Shown here: positions 26,166 through 35,648 of the stretch, piece by piece
Position numbering within the stretch: position 1 is the stretch's first letter
Layout of the letters: each line of letters begins with the position of its first letter
Assembly (NCBI GenBank): GCA_020891255.1
Contig: BQFW01000012.1
Span: forward strand, 1,736,001-1,800,000
DNA length: 64,000 bases
Source: Entomortierella parvispora E1425
Lineage: Eukaryota; Fungi; Mortierellomycota
Reading direction: 5' to 3'
The notes under the pieces: model-generated
What the model saw: the letters and a program-made list of their open reading frames with translations, nothing else
Databases searched by the model: none
What the model was told of the DNA's origin: nothing
Program-made: the position numbers and the translations under genes

Positions 26166-28351
26166 ATGGACCCCACACCCGATGGTGGTGCCAAAGCTAA
26201 CATCCTTCAAAGCAATCCCATGTTTGCGACCACAAACAACAACGCGAACACGAATGCGGCCAACAATGGCCCTAGCAGTGTAAACGGCGGTCAAGGTGCC
26301 ACAGCAAGCGGAAGTACCAACGCGGGCGGCGCCAGCAACGCAGCCGTCCAGCCCCACGCGCCTCCCACAACAGAGTCGTACAGCCCGTGGGACATGCCTC
26401 CTATTGTCCAGCCTGCTTCCAGCGCGTCAGGACCTGCCACAGATCAACGACTCGGCACCGGACTCAAGGGCTTCTCCTCTAACCTCAACTCGACTTGGCC
26501 CCACTTTCGATCAAAACCTCACCCAACCATCTCTGTCCCCATCACGCCGACAACACTCTCGAGGTCTTTTTTTGATATGGGTGCACCTTCCACCCCGCCT
26601 CGGAGCTCCACTTTTTCAACTGGGGATGACTCTGATAATGCCATGTGCACACCAACATTTGGATCCAATCAGACCGGTTCACGCAGAAATAGTGCAGTGA
26701 GTGTCATGGCTCTAGATACCCCTCCTCCTCTCTCGTTGATGGACCTCGAGTCGTCGTCTTCTCACTCTGGCTCCGGTTTTGGATCCTCTACAGGAATGAG
26801 TTCTGGAGGAATCGGATCTCTAGCACGACATGGTGATCACTACTATGGAAGCAATGGACACGGATACCCATTTCCACTCTTTGGAATGCGCCACGACACT
26901 GCTCACCCTTTCTCTCGAAGGAGCTCCAGAACCAATAGCTTCTCCATGGAGTCGCGTCATGCTCGAAAGGCATCGGAGGATACCAACATGAGCGATGGTG
27001 GGAACAACTCCGGGAGCGAGCAGCGCGGCAGGAGACATTCCCCGGCAGTTACTCCCTATGACAGAAACGCTGGCCGCGCGACCCTCTTGGTTAGTGCAAA
27101 ACGCCTCTGGCGCTCAGGGCTAGTCTAAGGCCTAGGATGACCAGATACTGATGCCGATACTCTGTGGGACCAATTGCGACTTTTAGCCAAAGCCAAAGGG
27201 ACTCTTGAAGGTCTTTTCGCAGCTTGAGGTGAGAACGAGAACTCTGCGAATGAGCGTTAGAACGCTACTTGCCGATCTTGATATTTACTACCTATTTATT
27301 TGCGATTTATGATAGGAAGAGGCTCATCATAATCGTCATGAATATGACCACGAACGGGAGACGACACAAGTACGCAAAGGGGCGGGGGATAATAAGGACA
27401 TCACTTCCATGGATACAACCGGGGTCAGTTGGCCCATAGCGCATCCTCAACTATTGAAAATAAGCTTCAATAATGCTGAAACTAACAGTATGCTCTTTAA
27501 CAGGCAGCTGCAACGCGTCAAGAACCTCCTCCACTACATGAATTAGGCATCACCAGGAGACCGTCAACATCATCACGACTGAATCCTGATCAGGAGCTGG
27601 TTGTAAGATGAACCGTGTTTATGCGAGTAATGCACAGTGTCATGATTCGACAAATTTATTGATTTTTTTATAGGCCTTTCAACAGCAACAGGAGGAATAC
27701 GATAAGATATACAGACTCTATTCGTCTCAGCACCCACTGCAAGCGAACCTGCCAGTCCCTGAGCCGGCCACTACTGCCGACTCCTCTGTGCCCAGTGCGT
27801 TTGCTAGTCATGGATCTCAACTACTGTCGTCTTTACCGTCATCCCCACTTTTAACAGCAACAGTCGTCAGATCAAAGAGGAAACCGTCAACATGTGAGGA
27901 TAGATTCGATCCCTATCATAGCAGTCATCTCAAGCGGAGGGCAGTCTCACCTTCTATCGGACCCATCACCAGAAGTCGACAGAGCCCATCCAGCTCACCA
28001 GCTCGAGGGCACCTCTCGGGCCAGTCGCGATCTAGAATATCTGCTCTTCCTTCACCGTCAGGGTCGGGTACGTTCTTCCGACATGGACTAGGACAAGGTC
28101 ACGCGAGTCTTGTCGGAGGACTCTCAGACTCCTCCAACACCACTGTTCATGGTGGTCCGCTCTCACTAACACACCCACATCTAAGTGCGGTGAGTGCGGG
28201 GCCTCAGGAGGACGACCATTCTGTAGGATCTACAAACGGAGCAAACCGTGAACCTGTTGGGAATCAGCCGCTCTTAAATCTACAGCATACCTCCCGATCA
28301 TTTTCGGAACTTTCCTTGGGACTTTCAAAAGACCATCCCCAGCAACAATAA
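26166..28351 (+). CDS. Conserved-looking fungal Ser/Pro-rich disordered protein, multi-exon
   Basis: A long first exon from MDPTPDGG ends at a GTTAGT donor. A short exon reads PKPKGLLKVFSQLE. The last exon has RFDPY...LKRRAVSP and stops at 28351. Middle exons are not fully resolved. Confidence 0.6.
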
Positions 28352-28567
28352 AAACAGTTGTGACAAGCAAGATACCCAACCAAGTTGACAATCATTCTTC
28401 TACGGCTATTCTGGGTTGACAAATAATAGACCCTCATTTCTGCACCTAAGTCGGTGCACATAACAACGTTGGCACAAAAGCGGAGTGAACATGCTGCGAA
28501 CTGACCAAGTGCGGTGCAGTGTAACAAAAAGAAAAAAAAGACTGCGTCGATGCCAAAACAAAAGATT

Positions 28568-28639
28568 GGGCCGAACCGGGAATTGAACCCGGGACCTCTC
28601 GCACCCTAAGCGAGAATTATACCACTAAACCATCCGGCC
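28568..28639 (-). tRNA. tRNA-Pro(AGG), copy 1
   Basis: 72-nt cloverleaf: acceptor stem GGCCGGA/TTCGGCC, anticodon arm CTCGC-TTAGGGT-GCGAG, T arm CCGGG-TTCAATT-CCCGG. A T-run terminator follows. Confidence 0.97.
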
Positions 28640-28700
28640 AATTATCCTGTTGGAGACGATCGAGTCGGGACATTCATGATCCGGGAAAGTCCGAACACAC

Positions 28701-28725
28701 CACGTGATATTTGAATGGTCACGTG
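28701..28725. promoter_or_regulatory. Pair of RTCACGTG (E-box/CDEI-like) sites centred between divergent tRNA genes
   Basis: CACGTG at 28701 and 28720, each ~60 bp from the nearer tRNA 5' end. The same arrangement recurs at 30961/30977. Confidence 0.5.
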
Positions 28726-28784
28726 AGTATATTGAAGTGCAGGATTGTGGGTGATCTGAATCCACCCTTAACATCAATCAGCTT

Positions 28785-28856
28785 GGCCGGATGGTTTAGT
28801 GGTATAATTCTCGCTTAGGGTGCGAGAGGTCCCGGGTTCAATTCCCGGTTCGGCCC
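28785..28856 (+). tRNA. tRNA-Pro(AGG), copy 2
   Basis: Identical 72-nt sequence followed by AATCTTTTTT (Pol III terminator). Confidence 0.97.
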
Positions 28857-28928
28857 AATCTTTTTTGTTTTCCTGGATTTTCAATTTTGCCTTCACCAGA
28901 CTCCTCCCTGCTGAGGATTCTTCTTTTT

Positions 28929-29605
28929 CGAAGAATCTAACTGGTCGTTGGTTAGTTTTCCGCCGACCATGGGGGACTTTCCTTTTTGGGCGTCCTATCC
29001 GTCGACCTTGACATCTCGTATCCGCCGACCATTACCACCAACCTTCTTGTCTCTCATCCACCGACCGCTCTCTAATCCACCGACCTGACCATTGCCATAT
29101 CCGCCGACTTGTCTTCATCTTATCTGCCGACGACCCCTTCCTTAGTCCTCAACCTAACCAAAGTACTTTGTTCATGTCAACCAAAAAAAAAAAAATCTAG
29201 ATCGGTGTCTTTCTCACCAACCGCTGTCCTTTCGAGCAGCCGGTCACCCACGGCAGAAGTTTCAATGACTCAGTTGGCCAAGCTACAAGGTAGATATGGC
29301 TAGACACATTGGTATAGGATCCACAGTATCTACTTCTCACAAGTTTTGGAGAGAGAATTTACTTCGCAACTTTTGATAAGTTTGAACCCTCCCAAAAAAA
29401 TTTCACAACTCGGCGGTTACGGAAGTGTCGGTGGTCAAGAAACGGAGTGGTCGGCGGATGAGGGACAAGAAGGTCGGCGGATTAGAGAGGGGTCGGTGGT
29501 TAATGGTCGGCGGATACGAGATGTCAAGGTTGACGGATAAGACGCCCAAGAAGGAAAGTCCCCCCATGATCGGTGGAACGACCATGTCGTTGGTTAGATT
29601 TTTTA
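28929..29605. mobile_element. Non-autonomous foldback/MITE-like element, possibly Mutator-type
   Basis: About 28960-29040 is the reverse complement of ~29498-29580 with few mismatches. Each arm has ~8 copies of TCCRCCGACC. The candidate 9-bp TSD CTTCTTTTT lies at 28920-28928 and 29606-29614. No credible ORF. Confidence 0.65.
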
Positions 29606-29814
29606 CTTCTTTTTTACACCAGGGCCACGAGGGACCTTTGATAACAAAAAAAAATATGTTCGGTCCTCAATTTAATGAGATACAGCGTGCTTGACCCATA
29701 TATCCAAGGTTACTTGGTGTGGGCTGGAGCTTTCTCTAACCACCATGGTAATATCACCTCCCTCAATCATCTTGCCCCTTTATCAATTGGTGCAATGCTG
29801 AAAACTACTCTATC

Positions 29815-30099
29815 TCAAAAGGCGTTGGGAAGGTGAAACGGGCGCTCCTCTGGCGCCGTCGCGAGCAGCCTGTACAAGCTATCCAGCGCAGCGTAGAGAC
29901 CTCCGCCCTTGTCGACAGTCTTCCGAGAGCGTGCAGCAAGGTTGTCGAGAAGCGTGCTTGTCCTCTTGTTTATTTCCTGAAGTTCGGCCAACCAGCAACA
30001 CATTCGCTTCGCTTTTTTGAGGTCGTGTTGAGTAAAGTTACAGCTTTCAGGTGGGATTTTTTTTCTTGTTGAGGACTTCGTCTTCCTCCCCCTCCTCAT
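29815..30099 (-). other. Small orphan ORF (94 aa, MRRGRKTK...), coding status uncertain
   Basis: ATG-initiated ORF with a basic N-terminus and a helical-looking body. No recognisable motif. Confidence 0.2.
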
Positions 30100-30512
30100 A
30101 TTAACTGTCGTGGTTGACACCGTTAGGGTCAAGACCAAAGCCTTCACCTGCTTGCTACAGGTATTACATGGTGCCTTTTGAGTATATAGCAGGAGAGAAA
30201 AAAAAATGTAAAAAATCCAGTTAACTTTTGAGAAGTCAAGTAGGTCAAAACTCAAAACTCTACCCTCTCTTAAAATTAAAGTGATTTTCTATATATATCA
30301 CGTGAGTGCGCCAGCACGAGCGCGGAAGTCTCCGCGCGTGAGGAGCTGAAAGCCCGAGTTGAGCCCGGGAGCTGATTGTTGCCCTCATTCATTGCAAGAT
30401 GTCCTTTGGGGAGTTTGTGCGTGAGTGAGTGAAGAGTAATATCAGGAGAGAAAAAAGACCATTGACCATGTTGGCCTTCCTCCACCACGACTATCTTCCT
30501 CCTCTGCCGCTC

Positions 30513-30660
30513 CACTCTTTCCTCGATCCAAGATCTACCGGCTCCACAGAACGGGGGAGTGTATCTCCCCCCGCCAGTCTTTGGCTACGGTCAACTATAT
30601 GTCCCCTGCGATCCTGATCGAGAATGGGCACATCAATATTCTCTACGGGAGACGTACATA
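30513..30660 (+). pseudogene. Probable degenerate Helitron/PIF1-family helicase C-terminal fragment
   Basis: Translates GGVYLPPPVFGYGQLYV, close to the Helitron helicase motif VG(I/L)YLPxPVFSHGQLYVALSR. Frameshifted traces of KSxGST precede it. Confidence 0.4.
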
Positions 30661-30825
30661 GTAGAACAAAAAAAACAATTATCCTCTCTGTCTTTCCATG
30701 GCAGAAGAATGCCACGGGTAAACACGCTAGTTCTGGTTAAAAGCACCTCTTCAAAAAGGATCCTCGGGGTCCAAGGCATGAGGAATCGGACAAGCCAAAA
30801 TGAGAATCCAGGAAAACAAAAGATT

Positions 30826-30897
30826 GGGCCGAACCGGGAATTGAACCCGGGACCTCTCGCACCCTAAGCGAGAATTATACCACTAAACCATCCGGCC
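30826..30897 (-). tRNA. tRNA-Pro(AGG), copy 3
   Basis: Identical 72-nt cloverleaf. Confidence 0.97.
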
Positions 30898-30960
30898 AAT
30901 TGACTTCTTGGAAGCAGATTATTTGAAACATTCATGATCCGGTGATTCAATATAACTCTG

Positions 30961-30982
30961 CACGTGATTTGGTATTCACGTG
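30961..30982. promoter_or_regulatory. Second pair of RTCACGTG sites centred between divergent tRNA genes
   Basis: CACGTG at 30961 and 30977, 63-64 bp from each tRNA 5' end. Confidence 0.5.
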
Positions 30983-31044
30983 ATCGAATGTTAGTAACGT
31001 CGGATCATGAATGTTTCAAATAATCTGCTTCCAAGAAGTCAATT

Positions 31045-31116
31045 GGCCGGATGGTTTAGTGGTATAATTCTCGCTTAGGGTGCGAGAGGTCCCGGGTTCA
31101 ATTCCCGGTTCGGCCC
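31045..31116 (+). tRNA. tRNA-Pro(AGG), copy 4
   Basis: Identical 72-nt cloverleaf followed by AATCTTTT. Confidence 0.97.
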
Positions 31117-31177
31117 AATCTTTTGTTTTCCTGGATGGCTTGTCCGATTCCTCATGCCTTGGTCCTTTTTTTTTTTT

Positions 31178-31227
31178 GGGTTTATCTATTTGACAACCCA
31201 GGTTGTTCGTTTTACCTGACAACCCAC
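31178..31227. repeat. Left terminal inverted repeat of the MULE
   Basis: GGGTTTATCTATTTGACAACCCAGGTTGTTCGTTTTACCTGACAACCCAC. Confidence 0.92.
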
Positions 31228-31315
31228 TCTATATTTGGTTAGTCTCGTTTTTTATTCGGCAACCCACCTGTCATTCCTCAATTGACAACCCAGGTTGCCA
31301 AACAAACGTTTATTT

Positions 31316-34300
31316 TTATGAGTGCTGTCTAGAATTGTGACCTTCCCCGCTGCACACTCCACACTTCGTTGATTTTTTTTTTGTCTCCATGCTACTCTTT
31401 ATCCGAGAAGTCCTCGGTCTGCCCTTCGTCTTTGTATAGTGAGGATCCTTCATACCTTCTTCGCCTGCCCCCCTCACAATGACACGGTTTAGGCCATCTT
31501 TAACTGTTTCGAATACTTCTGGATTGGAGTTCACGGTGTCCATGATATTCTTCATCAGGCCAGATATCTCTCCAATGCGGCGTTTTTTGGAAAGGTTGCG
31601 TTTATCAACCCCCGACAGGGATGGCACTGAGGGGAAAACCTTCATGATATCGCTCATGAAAGAAGAAGCAGGCTCTCCCTCTGCACTCCCCACCTGAGCG
31701 ACCGTCTTCTGCGTTTTTGCGCTCAAAAACGCCCCTGAGAGATCAAGATCTGTTAGGTCCTGCAGTTCTTCTTTAAACCACCGCATCGGAATAAGCCTGA
31801 CATGATACTTGCATCTGTCACTAACTTGCATCAGATGGAAATAGTGTCGACATACAAATCCGCTGTTTTGGAGGAGGAGGCAAGTACAAATGTACGAGCC
31901 ATCAGCCAGTAAAAGTATGTGCTGAAGTGACTTTCGCTCCGTGTCCAAGCGGAACGTCACGTCGAAGATTTGTACAATTCGATCAGAACCAACGATTGTC
32001 TGGATGGACTGGAGAGAGCTCATTTCGCGATCGTCTTTTGACGATCTCTCAATCTAAGGACAAAGAGAAGAATAACGGCTTAGTACCTCTATCTGGTCTT
32101 AGGATTGCGCTTGGGTATTGGAATGATGTACAAGTACTTACTTCCTCGAAATCACCTCCTTCGATTGATCGTGGAGCACAGGCGTCTATACCTGTGTGTG
32201 GATTGGACTGATACAAAACAGAGCGCGACATCTCTAACTTCATCTGACTTTTTGCTGCGATGCCAAGATAGCGATTGTTTGCATCGATAACATCGGCAAA
32301 CATTTGCTGAACAAACGTCGACGTTGCGGGATCAACCGTTGTATCCGTCTTGTAGAGAATATACTTTGAAGTCTGGGCTTCATTTGATAGCTTCTTTTCA
32401 ATTGCCTCGAACAGTGCTGGAAGGGACGTCTTGCCATTGACGGCCCTTTTGATGGCCGCATTCATACTCTCCACACGCTGAGTCGACTGCATTCCGGCGG
32501 TAAATCTTGTCCCAACCCAAGGCCAAGCCCAGTGCTCGCGCTTCTCGCTTATCCTTTTCAGGTAACCCTCAATCTTTGGCTTATCAACACCAAAGACCGC
32601 AACATGCTCTGACCATCTACGCTCAAAATCGGAGGCCGTAAGCGCGTTTCGGGTTGTCCAAAAAGCTGATATAAAATCATTCCAGTCTTTGCCTAGCGCT
32701 CCGTGGAGGTTTTTGTTCAGGTTTTGTCGCAGATGCCAGATACAGTTCAAGACGGTGGTCTTGCTTATAGTTGTGGCACAAGCGGCCTCCATAGCGGGAT
32801 CTTCGTCGACGAAAATGATATGAGGATATACGTTGTCGCTTGCCGCCAACAGTTGCTCTAGAATCCACTCATAGTCCTCCACTGATTCCCCCAGAAACCA
32901 ATGAACACCCTACCAAACGACTCTTTCCTGCATTGTCGATAATGACTATAACATTAAGAGGCATGCCGAAACGGTTCGTCTTGTAAGTGTTATCGCTGAT
33001 GACAACATCGCGGTAGCGTCGGTAGAGGTATCTTTGAGAAGGGCTCATCCAGAACATCCTTCTGAGCCGGCCATTTTCATCCAGATCGGTAGCAAAGAAC
33101 CAGTCTTTATCGTTGCGCGTTTTATCCTGTAGAATCTTGTGGAGCTCTGCAGCCTCGGAGCCACCGATGTGAGCACTGTTTTTTGCTTTCTGGATGGCAT
33201 TTGCGACTGTCCGAAGATCGAACGCTTTGTCTGGCCATTCATGTTGAAGCATGTAAACAATAAACTTGGGATCACATTTGCCTGCATGGGTGGTAATAAG
33301 CTGGAGCATTTCGGCACTGAGTCGTTTATCACGCTGGTTGGACTCCAGGATGTCGCATTTCTTGAGTTCGTGGCAGTGGTCTGTGACAAGGGAAGTAATA
33401 CGCCAACGTGGAAACAACTCCCTTGGAGACCGAACAACGATTTGGCATGGGCAGCACTCGCGGCTGGAGGTGCAATTGCGGTGCTTATCTGGGTCAACAT
33501 TCTTTTGCGGAACATGTTTTCCAGCCTTCTTGCAACCAAAAATTACTATTCATCGGCAAACCATACTTGTGTCAAAAAGAATTGATCCATAGAGAAAAAA
33601 AAACAACCTGCAGATTTTAAGTACCTACCTCGGGGACTTTGGCCATTCATCCTCTTGAGTCTGGACTGCATCCTTCTCAGGAAAAATCCTTGCTTGCGAG
33701 CCCATGCGTGGAGTTTTTCTTCTAGTTCTTCAAGAGTTTCATGCAACTGGCCGATATAAGGTGTCCACGGCAGGCTGTCACCCTCTTCAGCACTGTTGCC
33801 TGTGATGGCTATGGCGGCAGCCGCTACCTCTGCCCTGGCCCCACATGAAGAGGGTCCGTCAGCTGCAAGAGCATCACTTGTAATGGTTACGGCGGCGGCC
33901 GCTGCCTCTGCCCTGGCCCCACATGAAGAGGGTCCGACATTTAAGAAAGCATCACTTGTAATGGTCTCTCTAGAATAGCCGCATCGGCTACAGCTGTAGT
34001 GACCCCATCTTCGGTAGGTATCTCTTCATTGACTGCGACTTTTACAATGGCGTTGTCTGTGATGATTGAGTCAGTTGTAACTATGTCCGGATCATTTGCC
34101 GACACAATATCGAGATCAGCCACCCTTGCCACCCCTTGGCCTCGAGAAGCATGTGCTGCATGTTCGATCTAGATGAATTGAGTATTAATCTACGGTGGTC
34201 GGACAACGGGGGATTTGTGTCATACGTTACAAACAAGCAAAGATTCACCTTGTTGTAGCCGGTGGCCAGCTTCAAAAGCCTCAATCGATGATGTGCAGAT

Positions 34301-35395
34301 CGTTCGTGAGTCCAGAGTTCTATTTCAGGATTCATTCTCCTCTCGACAGCATTGATGGAGTTGACAGCGCACGATCCACTGCTAGCTGGTTGCCGTGGGA
34401 CATCGAGATGCTCGATGTGGCTGCTCCAACGATCTATATCAAGCCCACAGCATCTTATCCATTGTCGTATCGCTTGACAGGCCTCACGAGGTGTGGGATA
34501 AGAGAGGGAATCCCCAAATGAGATCTGACATTTAACGAAATCGACCTCGATCGCACCCCAATGAGATGGCATATAAACAATCGAGAATGCCTTTTCAACT
34601 CGCCCGCTTCGGAGCTCGTCCCTTTTCCATTCCAGGTATAGATTCTTTCGCCAGTTGTTGAGTTGAGTAGGTGTGATCAAAAGGTATCGATTGCTTGCCC
34701 CATACGACTCGGCAAAGAGCTGCAACACCGTGCGCACGACCTCGTCATTAATGAAGCACTCCTTCATGAGACAAAACGCGTTTCCAATGGCCAATGGCGC
34801 CTCAGAAGTTGGCTGAAACTCCCAATGGATGATGCCTGAGGTATTGGAAATTAGGTCGCGGATCCAATCGGCAAAGTTGCGATCCGAGACGGCATCGATC
34901 CAGTTAAACATCTCCATCGCTTGAATGATGAAAGTGTGCGTCTGCACCGCGCCGAGTAAGATTTTGACCGAGGCATGCGAGAAATCTCCAACGCCATGGA
35001 TGCGAATGCCCCACGCCTTTTGAGACACTGACGCACCAACTATAAATAAACATATTGTAACTGTGCTGGTCAGGAGTTTTGCCAATTGACACCTAAACGA
35101 AAAAGAGCAGCCGATGTTTTCTCTTATTGAACCTACGCAGCATTTCGTTGGCCTTCATAACAACATCTTGCGAAGGTAGCGTTTTGAGAATTGCAACTCT
35201 GGCTTCGAATATTCTCTCTTTGGGCGGTGGCAGCTCATATATGACCTCGACCTCGGTACAAGTTTTAGTAATCGGAAGGGGGATTTTCAGCAGTGCCTTG
35301 CCAGTTTGTAGCCTTTGCCAGTATTGGCTGTACATCACTTTCGATTCTTTCGACGTCCCTGGGTCGTCCACAAGATGATTAACAGCTGACGACAT
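31316..35395 (-). pseudogene. Ulp1(C48) protease-FAR1-MULE-SWIM-zinc knuckle fusion transposase, 5 exons, two frameshifts in this copy
   Basis: Exons 35395-35137, 35039-34249, 34168-33629, 33545-32142 and 32053-31316 have GT-AG introns. Their phases are all consistent once a 2-nt AG insertion (~33965-33972) and a 1-nt G insertion (32888-32892) are removed, giving ~1,242 aa. Protease motifs are INDEVV, HW, GDSL and QPASSGSC. The FAR1-like region reads C..CPC..HCH. The catalytic core is ISDNTY, FVDEDPAM, CIWH and RVESMN. SWIM is CTC...CRH and the knuckle is CGVCSGEGH. Confidence 0.85.
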
Positions 35396-35648
35396 CCTAT
35401 ATTTTTTTTAAATGCCAAAATAGACTGTATCAGCAAAACGCTCCAAAGAACTTCAGTAGGTACGAGACAGACAACAAACCCCGTACAGAGAAGTATGGCT
35501 CGGCTGAGGTTATAAGATTCTTGTGAATCTTCGTCGGTGCCTACTGCCGTAGCTTTATATCAGAAGTTCCAACGTTTCATTGTCTCCGCTTCGAGTAGAG
35601 TAACTCAAAACCCCGAACACTATTTGCAGTCTATGTGTATATACCATA

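Larger units (their letters stand above)
30771..31162. repeat. Long inverted repeat whose arms each contain a tRNA-Pro gene
   Basis: Arms 30771-30941 and 31001-31162 are exact reverse complements except for a 9-nt insertion (AAAATGAGA) in the left arm. The loop is 59 bp. Confidence 0.92.

Noticed and set aside
28820-29011. ORFs overlapping tRNA genes (28820-29011, 31016-31222, end of 30559-30867)
   Set aside because: They are translations of tRNA-Pro and its flanks.
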